Shown: piece after piece, positions 52,471-64,000 of the stretch | Layout of the letters: every line of letters starts with the position of its first letter | Numbering within the stretch: position 1 is the first letter of the stretch | NCBI GenBank assembly: GCA_964016885.1 | Contig: OZ024747.1 | Coordinates: forward strand, 41,788,001-41,852,000 | Length of the DNA: 64,000 nucleotides | DNA from: Eledone cirrhosa | Taxonomy: Eukaryota | Direction of reading: 5' to 3' | Program-made: the position numbers and the translations under genes | The notes under the pieces: model-generated | Database searches by the model: none | What the model was told of the DNA's origin: nothing | What the model saw: the letters and a program-made list of their open reading frames with translations, nothing else

Positions 52471-52531
52471 ATATGGGTGTCTGTGATCTATATACACTGG
52501 TCATAGACACACACACACACATATATATATA

Positions 52532-53872
52532 TCATCATCATTTCATTTTACGTCCGCTTTTCCCTGCTTGCAAGGGTGGGACGGGTCTTATTCTGCACAG
52601 CATCTCTCCACTCGTCACGGTCCTTCATCATCTCCACCGTGAGCTTCAATGATCTGAGGTCTGTTCTCACCACCTCCGCCCATGTTTTTCGTGGTCTACC
52701 TATACCACGTCTTCCTTCAACTGGCATTTCAATGCGACTTCTACTGTCTAATTTCCCTGTACATCTACTGCATACATATTTCTCCCTACATGTTAGTTTG
52801 CCTGCTATCCCGCTACATCTCTTGTGTACCCAGGATCTGCATTGTGTGCATTTTATAGAATTTATGCCAGTTCCTTTTCTGCATATCGAACATGGCCATT
52901 TCCCTGACGGAATCAGGGTTTTGTCCTCTTTTGTCTTAGCTAGGTTCACTCTCAGTCCTCTTGCTTCCAACTGCTGTTTCCATAGCCAGAATTTATTCTC
53001 TAGCTCCTCTACTGATTCTGCTATAAGAACCAGATCGTCAGCGTAGAGAAGTTCCCATGGACAGCCAGTCTTAAACTCCTCTGTTATGGCTTGGAGGACT
53101 ATAATGAACAAGAGCGGGCTGAGGACCGAACCCTGATGTACTCCTACTTGTATCTGGAATTCCTCACTAAACTCCATTCCTACCCTGACTTTACTGAGAG
53201 TACCTCTGTACAAAGTTTGCACTGTCCTCACAAGCCATTCCTCAACACCTAGCTTCCTTAGGGACCACCAGATGACAGATAGTGGTACCCTATCAAAGGC
53301 CTTCTCTAGGTCAACAAAGGCTAAGTATAGTGGCTTATTTTTCTCTAAGAACCTCTCTTGCAATTATCTCACCAAGAAGAGGGCATCTGTTCTACTCTTC
53401 CCAGGCACAAAACCAAACTGCATCTCATCTAGTTTGACCCTTTCTCTAATTAGTTGTGCTAATATCCTTTCTGCCACTTTCATAACCTGATCTATCAGTT
53501 TTATACCCCTATAATTGCTCCTCTCCAGAGCATCCCCTTTACCTTTGTAGCAATTTATGAGAATACTGCTCTTTGGGTATGACACCACCATATATAGCCT
53601 GATTGATGATGCGTGCAACCAGTTTAGTGCCTACGTCCCCTGATGCCTTCAGCATCTCAGCAACTATTCCCGATGGTCCAGCAGCCTTACCATTTTTCAT
53701 TTCCCTAATCGCCTCTTGGACCCTATATTCGTCAATCTCAATAGCTGGTCCCTCTGTCAGATCTACTAAGGGTAATTTCTCTCTCTCCCATTCGTTCTCC
53801 ACATTCATCAGTCTCTCATAATGACATTTCCAGGCCTCCTTTTTCTGATCATTCGTGACACTAAGTACACCG
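52532..53872 (-). mobile_element. RTE family A copy with internal deletions
   Basis: KAAGPSGI, QFGF, DLEKAFD and YADD; the PHD region is fused directly to MPVEG...GRPRKTW. Confidence 0.92.
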
Positions 53873-54833
53873 GCATATATGTATGTATATATATATATGT
53901 GGGTGTCTGTGATCTATATACACTGGTCATAGACACACACTCACATATATATATACACACACACTCACATATATATATATACACAACAACACCGCCATCT
54001 CTCTCCCATTCTTCTCTCTCTCATTCCCCTTCTCTATGTCTCTCTTTTAATCTACTCTCTCACAACCACTATCTCTTTCTCTCCCTCTCTCTCCCTCTGT
54101 TTATGAAGGTACCCAGAAAAACCCCATATCTCGGGAACACGTGCTCCGATTTACTCAAAACTTGTTTTATTCCATTTGTATTCCCATTTCAGAGTCAACT
54201 TCCTTTCAAAGTATTTTCCCATTATGCGCCCTTTTGGCTGTATTACATTATAAACAAGCAAGCAAGCAATCACAGACTTATAGTATCATATAGATAATGG
54301 TCAATATACACACTGTACTGTGTAGTAAAGGGGACAATATATACTCTCCAGCTCATGCCATCATGGAAAAGGAATTTATGATGATGATGATGTTTCTATA
54401 AATTGAAATGCAGTAAGAGAAAATGAACTGAAAAATATTTCAAAATGGAATTTTAAATAAAAAATCAAATAGTAAATTCAAACAAAATTATTTCTTTGAT
54501 TCAATTTTTAAATTTTCAAATGCAAAAAAAAAAAAAAATTACTGAATGGAGAACTCTAATTTCAATAGACATTTTTGTTTGCTTTTTTTAAAATTCTATT
54601 TCTTTTTTTCCTGCAATGAAATATAATGATTTCTAATTTAGACACAAGGCCTGTCATTTTGACAAGTACTTTATTTTATCAACATCAAAAGGATGAAAGG
54701 AAAAGTTAAACTCAGCAGGATTTTAAAAAGGGCAGTAACTAAATGCTTCAAAGCATTTTGTCCAATGCTCTAACAATTCTACCAATTCTGCAATGAAATA
54801 CAATGCTAAGACCCACAAAGAATTTACCATTAC

Positions 54834-54958
54834 CTGCTAAGACCTTGTAGACGTTGAGAAATAGTTTTATCTTCCTGGTTAGATGATGAATGCATCAACG
54901 AAGGTTTCTGACTCTGTTCATCACCAGCTGCAGTTGTATATGATGTTTTTTGCTGCAT
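54834..54958 (-). CDS. RHBDF1: iRhom (inactive rhomboid) first traced coding exon, from putative ATG
   Basis: MQQKTSYTTAAGDEQSQKPSLMHSSSNQEDKTISQRLQGLS(R). Donor AG|gtaatg, phase 2, matches the next exon. The acceptor is at 54991 and the frame is open back to it, so the true start could be further upstream. Confidence 0.7.
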
Positions 54959-55059
54959 TGTCTTTTTCCCCAACTGGTATAAAATTAGGTTCTAAAAACA
55001 AAAAAAAAAAAGCAATAATTATTGCAAACGAATTTATGTTTATATATATATATATATAT

Positions 55060-55270
55060 ATAGGAAAATGTTTGAATGTTTGACCCCGACGGCAGAGCTC
55101 AAGCCGTTTCGACGGCTATTTCTGGACTGTCCAGAAATAGCCGTCGAAACGGCTTGAGCTGTGCCGCCGTCGGGGTCAAACATTTCCCTATTAACCACTC
55201 TACTACCCTAAGTATTGAGTACTCTGGTGCGTTATGGTCCATTTGGTTCCTTACCACACCTCCTTCGTTT
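55060..55270. mobile_element. Fold-back pLTR fragment (about 130-bp near-perfect palindrome built from the 3' half of a hammerhead)
   Basis: Palindrome 55060-55191 centred at 55128; GAAA-CGGC..GCCG-UC-GGGG in the arms; TTGAGTACTCT at 55215; TA flanks. Confidence 0.7.
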
Positions 55271-58235
55271 TATATATATCATCATCATCATCATCATTTC
55301 ATTTTACGTCCACTTTTCCCTGCTTGCAAGAGTGGGACGGGAACTGATGCTGGCTTGATTTCTACAGCTGGATGCCCTTCCTAACACCAACCTCATTTAC
55401 AGTGAGTGCTGGGTGCTTTTTTGCCGTGGCACCTCCACGACCACTTTGCAGTGGAATGATAGGGGCCCCAGTCCCTATCATCTCATTTCTACAGCTGAGT
55501 AAACTGGAGCAATGTGAAATAAAGTGTCTTGCTCAAGGAAACAACACATCACCCGATCTGAGAATTGAACTCACAACCTTTCGATTGCAAGGCCAATGCT
55601 CTAACCACTAAGCCATATATATATATATACTCTCAGGTCTCGAATAATCATCCCCTCCCCCTGTTTATTAATTTTTTAAAGGAGACAACCCAGAAAAATT
55701 ATCAATTTTCCAACCCCTACCCCTCTTATTTGAGTCCCATATTTATATATATATTGATAGTCTGCAGTATTGGGACTGGGAAGACCACAAATCAAACAAA
55801 TACTCAATATATGGTAAGATGCAGAAAGGGTATATTAGAGGAAGGAGAGGATCTGCTTGAGGGTTTTGGTTTCAGCTAGTTTCCACTTCTAGCCATCATC
55901 AGGCAAATTTTTCAAAATTTAAGGGAACTGCTGGCAGTGGTCCAAATGGAACCACCATGTGCAGAAATTAGGTAATGTGAGTATACATTACATACGTTGG
56001 CAGGAACTGCATCATCTGCAGAGGTTCACCTCCCTGGACATGGAAAGTTCTGTATGGCATGTTAGTACACCACCTTGCTGGACACAAGTGAATGTAGTAG
56101 TAGTCCTCAACTTTCAGTGGCGTGTTACTTCACATCAAAGAGAAGGTAAGCCAGGTATGATCATTTACAGGCAACACATGCTGGCGTTGATTGATTCAAA
56201 TTGAAAAAATATGACCATACCAGAAGAACTCTACCAGGGTGCTTTCAACAAAGACAGGTAGCAAACAATAAATAAATCGAACCAGAATAAACAAAGCAAA
56301 AAAGTTCAACTTGCAATTTAAATATGGAGGCACATGGCTTAGTGGTTAGAGCATTGGCCTTGCAATTGAAAGGTTGTGAGTTCAATTCTCAGACCGGGTG
56401 ATGTGTTGTTTCCTTGAGCAAGACACTTTATTTCACATTGCTCCAGTTTACTCAGCTGTAGAAATGAGATGATAGGGACTGGGGTCCATATCATTCCACT
56501 GTAAAGTGGACGTGGAGGTGCCACGGCAAAAAAAGCACCCAGCACTCACTGTAAATGAGGTTGGTGTTAGGAAGGGCATCCAGCTGTAGAAATCAAGCCA
56601 GAATCAGTTCCCATCCCACCCTTGCAAGCAGGGAAAAGCGGACGTAAAATGATGATGATGAGTTCACCCTGTAATATGGCCATGGTAGTGTCACAACAAA
56701 AAGCATTCAGTCTACCCTGTAAGATGTTTATACTGATGCCATGACAAAAAGCACCTAGTCCACCCTGCTTGAAAGGTTTAGTTATATATCTTGTTTATTA
56801 TCTAAGAAGGATATTGGACAAAGCTATTTATTATCTTGATATATATTTATACTGTTGGAGGAAACTAGGTTACTATGACCTGGTGTGTGTGTTTTCTGGA
56901 TTGCTGATCATAGAATCAGAGCACAGGTGGTGTGAGATATCTTCTATCTTGCATGTGAATGATAACCATGTACAAAATATCAAGGAGTGGAGGAAGTTAT
57001 ACTGTTTGATGAGGGTAGGAGTACTGTTTAGTGAAGGTAGGAGTACTGTTTAGTGGGAGTAGGATTACTGTTTGATGATATTAGAAGGGACACTATCAAA
57101 ACTGGTTACCTTGATGTGTTGGAGTAATAAAAAATATGATTTAGCCTAAGTCAATCCTGGTGAAGCAAATCTCTGATTAAAGACAATCTAGCCATGACAA
57201 TCACATCTTTTTCCGAAATCTCAGGAGGACAACCTTATCCAACAAGACTTTTTTCAGGTCAGTAGGGTGTGATTTGAAGAAGATCTGGCAGCTATTTTTT
57301 GCAGGTCATGGAATGACATTGGTTCATATGAGGTGATAAAGAGGGTTTTGTTGTGTAATCAGGTAGAAATGCAGTGGCTTTATTAGTAAGAGTGCAACTT
57401 ACAGAACCATATTTATTGAGAAATCACAAGTAGATGGCTCACTTACAAATAATGATGGTTACCTGGTTATCTTGCAAGTGTTGCAGAGGTGAGTAAATGA
57501 CTTTCATTGGTTGAGATAGATTCTTACATTTGTGATTGATTCTTATATTCTTGTATTGGCATTTAGCCATACTGGATTGAGCTAGTGCCAACCAGCAAAC
57601 CTATATAATCACTAACAGATGCCATCCATGCACAGCTATCACAGACATCCAATGAACTTCTCCTAGATGTTATATGCAGTGACTTTTGCTTGTACAACTG
57701 CACACAAACTACTTAAGGATGTGGAAATTGTAGGAGTTGGTTGTGTGAAGAATCTAGATGTTTGGACCTATTGAAATACACTGTATTTGAATTATTAAAC
57801 AATTTGGAGGGATTTACTAATTATTTAATTATTAAGATGATATTTATAACAATATAACAAAAGGTTCTTACATAAATTCTGTTCGAAGATATTAATTTAA
57901 GTAAGAAACCTTTAAAATGGCTAGTTTTGTTTCATAGAACCAGAGGTGGCTTTGGACATGGTATGAAAACCATTAAAATAAGCCAGTTGTCAGACTATGG
58001 AGTTGAGGCATGAGATGGTGAATGGCCAAGTAAAATTTTAGTTTGTAAGTTAGGAAAAAGGTCAAGTGTTTGTAAAGTAGGATAAGTCAGACATGAAGCA
58101 CTTTTGCTGCAAAGAATAATTAGTGTAGAATTTATGAGGCTATGATGTAGAAAGGAAGATATAAAGTGGTTTGTTTTATTTAGGCAACGATCAGGCTAAG
58201 GAGGTGAGGCCATAGACAGTGGATGGTTGAGTAAA

Positions 58236-58281
<46 letters not shown>

Positions 58282-59204
58282 CACTGTAAAGTGGACGTGT
58301 AGGCGCCATGGAAAAATAAAAAAATCACCCACCACTCACTGTAAATGAGGTTGGTGTTAGGAAGGGCATCCAGCTGTAGAAATCAACCCAGAATCAGTTC
58401 CCGTCCCACCCTTGCAAGCAGGGAAAAGCGGACGTAAAATGATGATGATGATGATGATATATATTATATCAATATCATCATTTTTCCATCAACTTTTCCA
58501 TGCTGGCATGGTTTTGATGGAACTTTTTTTCTGATTGATCCAGCCAGATGCCTTTCCTGACACCAACCCTTTAGGCACTTCTTATAACATACAAATACAT
58601 ATGTAGTTGCTTGCTGCAGATAATAAGTGTTGTTTATTATTATACAGAAACTACATATGGCCGTGCAGGTTGATGAAGTCTGTATCCCTATACTGGTGTG
58701 GGTGAGGGTTAGTGGCTGGTTTACGAAATATAAGGATCAGGAATTATGTATGTCTTATATCTAATATCATCATCATCATCATCATCATATAGTTGAATTT
58801 GTTTTACTGAGCATATTATTTACAGGTTAGGACATTCGATGGCTGTATTTTGTGAATAACTTCAAGTTTGTTCTAGATGTATCTACATTCAGATTCAAGT
58901 ATTTAACTGTCCAATTTACACATATATATTATCTTGGAGAGGGATGGGCTTTGCCAGAGTTTAAACTACCCAACACACGCTATGTATCAGGATGCCCCTA
59001 GAACTCCATCAGAAGTAAAGGGCTGGGTGCTTTTTGCCGTGTCTTTTACACGTCCACTTTCGACTGTGGTAGGCTGCTTTTTTTATGTGTGTATATATAT
59101 ATATACATACATGCATGCATATCTACATACATACACACACACACAATCTATTTCATTTTTGTTATATACAGATTTTAAAAATATCTATTGCTAAATTCAG
59201 CTGT

Positions 59205-60190
59205 ACATAGGTTCCGCTTACTATCTGCCAGCACCAAATACTCAGGCGATTGGGTCGATGCCCTACCCGTGGCCAACATTGGTGGCCTACTCAGCCTGGA
59301 CTAACTTCGTGTCTCCATCGCCCTCAGAGTGGGAGCTGACGTCTGCATAGGTTTGAGATGCCGATGCGGAAAACTCCTCGACTTCACAGGCCTCCATGGT
59401 CTTTGTTGTCGCCTGAATGCTGGCCGCTTCACGCGTAACACGGAGCTAAACCTCGTTCTGAAGAGAGCTTTGGCCCGGGCGAATATCCCTTCAGTCTTGG
59501 AACCATCTGGGTTGTCCAGAAGTGACGGCAAAAGACCTGACGGCCTTACCCTGTACTCCTGGTCGAGAGGCAGGTGCCTTGTGTGGAACGTCACTGTTAG
59601 TGACTCTTTTGTTCTTTCCCACATCCTGGATACTGCGGTTAGGACGAGAGCCACAGCTTCTGCAGCCGAGCGGAGTAAGACCCTCAAATACTCCGATCTG
59701 TCGGCCAGCTACATTTTTCAGCCTGTGGCTTTCGAGACGTTTGGGGGAGTCGGGCCGCTGACTGCGAGGTTCCTTTCCTCACTGGCGGCTCGCCTAATAG
59801 AGGTGACTGGCGAATCTCGCGAAGGTGCTTGGCTGTTTCAGCGCATCAGCCTCGCCACCACCCGAGGTAACACTGCCAGTGTGCTGGCTTGCCTAAAAAA
59901 TCATTAGAGAGGTTGCCCAGTAATCCTCGTTGCTGTCTTTTGCTCTGGTGTTGGCTCCGTTGTTCACCCCTTCCTTTACATTTTCTTTAATATTGTAACA
60001 TTAAAAGAATATATCTTTCTGAAAGAATCGCGAGCTATTTATAATGTTATCTAAGCATTTATAATGTTATTTATGTATATATTTAAAACATATTTCTTAT
60101 GTTATTCTACTGTAAATTTATTTATATGCTCTGTTTATATTTTCATTCTGAAAGAATTGCAAACGATTTGTAATAAAGTTTAAAATTTAT
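59205..60190 (+). mobile_element. CRE-clade non-LTR retrotransposon 3' fragment (zinc knuckle + restriction-like endonuclease)
   Basis: SGDWVDALP, CRCGKLLD..GLHGLCC, EPSGLSRSDGKRPDG, K..KY, FQPVAFETFG, QRISLA..RGN. In-frame stop near 59302. The extent of the 3'UTR is approximate. Confidence 0.85.
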
Positions 60191-63100
60191 AAATTATCAC
60201 GCAGTTAACAATCATTTTTTGTTTAAATAATTATTTTAAAGTTGTAATTGTCAAATTATTTCTTAGAGAGCAATTCCAGCACTTCTTTTTACTACCTAAT
60301 CTTTTATAAACATTGTGTTTGTGTGCACATTCTTCTGGTGAGTATATCATATTTGTAAATGAAGAAAAAAAAGGCTAAAAACGCTTGTATGGCTCATAGC
60401 CTATCAACAACCATGGTAAGTAATTTCTTTAGATCCATTACACACGGATAATGTGGGTGGTATGTGACTGGATGTGGATACCGACAAACAGCAACTGTCC
60501 GACTTACAAATGTACAAATATTCAAACACACAAATAGAAGTATGATGCTGTATATAAGCCAGTGTTCTACTATGCCCAGAATCGACAATTGTTCGAACAA
60601 ACTAAAGAATAGAATGACAAGCAGATAGATACACATAGCTTTTATCTTCAAACCAGGATATTTATAGCATGGATGTGAATGATGTAACATCGACTAGTCT
60701 GTAATCCTTTGTGTGAAATATCAACAGAGTGTGTGAGTGTAAGACAAATACAGTACTTATAGGTAGTCCTACTTTAGTGTGCAGTTAGGATAAAAGTAAA
60801 ACTTTAAGATATGAAATTAAAATATGATATGGAAGGATTCCATGTTAAACGTGAACAATCTTGGGAGAGGGGAAAATCGATTAAATTGACCCCAATGCGT
60901 TACCGGTACTTTATTTTATCCACCACGAAAGGATGAAAAGCAAAGCTAACCTAGGAGGGACGTGACTCTATGTTGCAAAGTATGTTGTCCGACACTCTAT
61001 CGATACTGCCGATCCAGTGTTATTGCTAAAACATTAATCATAAAAAGGCATCGTCCTATTTAGATGTGCTATTAAAATGGAAATAAAATTTCAAAACAGA
61101 AAATTAAAAACTGAAACATTAGTTTGTGTATATATGTTGCCAATGAAATGGTAAGAATGAGATGTGCTCATTATGCATACATGTTACCTACACAAACTCT
61201 GCTACATGCATCAGCCTGCAACTGCCCAAACCGTATCGATTATCCTCAAGGAGGTGAGGGTCCTGCCTCTCAAAGATTGTGGTCTATAGAATCACTTTAA
61301 CACTACCAGATGATATCCTAACAGCCAATGATTTCAAAGACAGATTCAATCAGCATAAAAACTCCTTCAGGTGTAGGAACGAGGGCTAACTTTCACTCCG
61401 CAAAAGGCTGCACATATTGCAGCAACCTGCAGTATCAGTCAACAAGAAGACTAACAATGTTTTGCTACCATTGGAGAAACGCCCTGTTAACTAATTTCAA
61501 GTCAATGGCCTCTGATATCCTTCAGAGGACTTTAGCTCCACCCAACCCAAGTGAATATGAAGGGAAGGCAATCCTCATCCTCAATGGTATACATGTATAC
61601 CAAAAGGACACATACATAAATTCCACCATGGCATCAGATACACAGAATACTGCCATGAAATAACTATCTACTTCCAGATGTGGTTAATTTGTCAATTTAT
61701 CACCTTACTAGAGTAACTGGTGACACCAGGAAACTAAGAATAGCTGATGTTGTTGCCATTTCAACAACATAACCATGTGACCTGAATGAACAGATGGGGC
61801 CTGCATCTCTTTTACAAAGCGTTCCTGTGCTCTACCTAGATTATTTTATCATGGTACCAGCACTAGGCGGGGGATGGGGACTGTCATGTCTTTGACACAG
61901 CTGAAGAGTCCTCTCAAAACTTTGTTTGTCAAGTTTTCTATGACAGGATGCCCTTCTGATTGCCAACAACTTTACAGAGTGTAGTGACTGGATTTATCAT
62001 TTAAATCATCAGCACCAGAGAGATCCTCATGTCTTTGACAGCTGAAAAGTGCTCTTAACTTGCTTTACAAGTTGCTATCACAATTGTGTTTCTAATATTC
62101 ACCTTCATACCTTTCGCTTCTCTATATTCCTTCCATCTATTTATCTTCTCCCTCAGCCCATCCATACTCTCTGCTAATTAACACTAGTTCATCCATGTAC
62201 AGCAACTCCCATGGTAAACCACCCCTTCTTCACACTTTGGGCCAGTACCTCCATCACTACAATAATAGTCGGCTTAATATGTTTTTGCATGTTTAAGATG
62301 GTCACACTATTTTTTGTGCGAGTGTATCAGTTAGAATGGACAAGGGAAAATAGATCTCACATATGGAAACAGTTTTTGAGCCTTTTAGAATTACAAAAAA
62401 AAATCATCATACACATAAACATAGCTACTATATATTTTCTAAATACATAGTCATGTTTTCATGTTTATGTATATAGAAACTTGATATTCCTATTCACATA
62501 TGTATATACGTATATACGCACTACACACAGATACGTATCTCTATATGTAGACAATCGATGCAGGATTCTGGATGTTTTCATAAAAGTAACACACAGGTCA
62601 TTCACACACACGGGCGCACGCACATAAACAAGACTGCTTGCTTGGGTATTTTAGGTGACAGTAAAACACTACTGATGCTACTTTTCATATTAACATCATA
62701 AAATCTATTGAAAGGATATACTTCTCACCGGCGACATTCGATTATGAAATTAAAGTTTCCACACTCACACGTGCTTAAACAACAACGAAATTGTTAGTGT
62801 ATATAGCTGTGTTTTACGATATCGATATTAGAATGATAAAGATGCGTATTTCTGAGTTTCGGATCATGTTCCCTCACCTCCCTAACTTTGTCTGTTTTCC
62901 CAAGATCTTACCTTTTGTATATTTGTGGTGGTTAAATGAAATAAGAACCAAAACCTAATGATAAAGAAATTCTCGTATAAAACCCACCTTTTAAATAAAT
63001 TGTAAGAAATTATATTTTCTTAGAAGTAAACATAAGCAGTTAAGTATTTACTAATCATGCTTATGGGGGTAAATCTAATCCACATGCCACCACCGTGAAT

Positions 63101-64000
63101 GAAACTTAACCCTTTAGCATTCACATTACTCTATATATACTATTATATTTTCATGGTAAAGGCTTTACCTCACACTTTAAGGGGTCAACCAACACATTTA
63201 CTTATTCCTGTCGGTAATTAAGGTTAAGGTTAGTGTTAAAGCCATGTTAAATGTTTTACATTCCTCATTATTGCTGATGCCAATTTATGTACGCCGCTTT
63301 CGTCCAGTTTTATCTACACACACGAAGCTGATGATTCATTTGTTTTACTCCGAGTTTCTTGTTTGTTGTGCCCTCCGTCACTTTCACCACAAATAATAGA
63401 CAGATAGGGTGCTAGGAAATATCACATTCTTTAGTTTATGTGTAGAGATATTTTGTTTATGTGATCAGTTACCGAGAGATTAAGATAACAATGTTATAAA
63501 GGGGATTTATTATCTGGAGAAGTGTATCTCTATCGTACACATGATGGAGAGAGAGAAAACTTACCAATATTAGTAAACAATGTAGGGAGAGAATTTTACT
63601 TTTTATCTTACTCTTGCGTTTACCCAAATCAATAAAATGGGATGGTCACAACTAGCCTTTAATCATGTCTCCTCGATCTGGTACACAACTTATGATTGAA
63701 ACATCTTATTTACAAACTGGAACTCACATTTTTTTTCTTCCTTAAACTGAAAACCGGCTGCGATTTCTATATAAAACAGAATCTGCGAGATATAGTTAGT
63801 GGTCATCTAAGTTAGTCGATTTTAAGAAAGGAGATGTTCAAACTGGGCTTTTTATTTTATTTTATTTTATATACAGACGAAGAGGATGTGGAGAAAGCTG
63901 ATATTTCACACACAAAAAGTCGTTTCTGATTAATCAAATGTCTACCAAGCTCACCCGTGTAATTTTAGAATCTGGTGTCCGTCCGAAATGTAAAAAAGTT

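Larger units (their letters stand above)
48136..54294 (-). mobile_element. Helitron of the 22475-23059 family expanded to about 6.2 kb by nested RTEs and internal unit amplification
   Basis: 5' TC end at 54294 and 3' CTAG at 48136 match the short copy. Confidence 0.78.

Noticed and set aside
60394-62450. ORFs at 60394, 61328 and 62211 as a second gene
   Set aside because: No recognisable motifs or consistent splice structure; probably chance ORFs or highly decayed LINE remnants.

Overview
AT-rich, repeat-dense animal genomic DNA. The SINE/RTE repertoire resembles that of octopod cephalopods (inference). One host gene spans most of the window on the minus strand: an inactive rhomboid (iRhom/RHBDF-like). 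I traced 13 coding exons by hand from an ATG at 54958 to 1004. All have GT-AG boundaries and consistent phases (about 610 codons), and the gene continues past the left edge. The introns hold RTE-clade LINE fragments with a PHD-type finger inside the RT region, a near-complete Naiad-type Penelope-like element (RT + GIY-YIG), Helitrons, a CRE-like fragment, MITEs, tRNA-derived SINEs and long (TA)n tracts. The most interesting unannotated signal is a set of non-coding elements inserted in (TA)n that carry type I hammerhead ribozymes, often with very long stem II extensions. They show tandem or inverted terminal duplications, share a TTGAG-containing boundary motif with the Naiad element, and in two cases have units of about 530 nt. 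This looks like a Naiad-mobilised retrozyme-like system. All coordinates and folds were read by eye; no searches were run.
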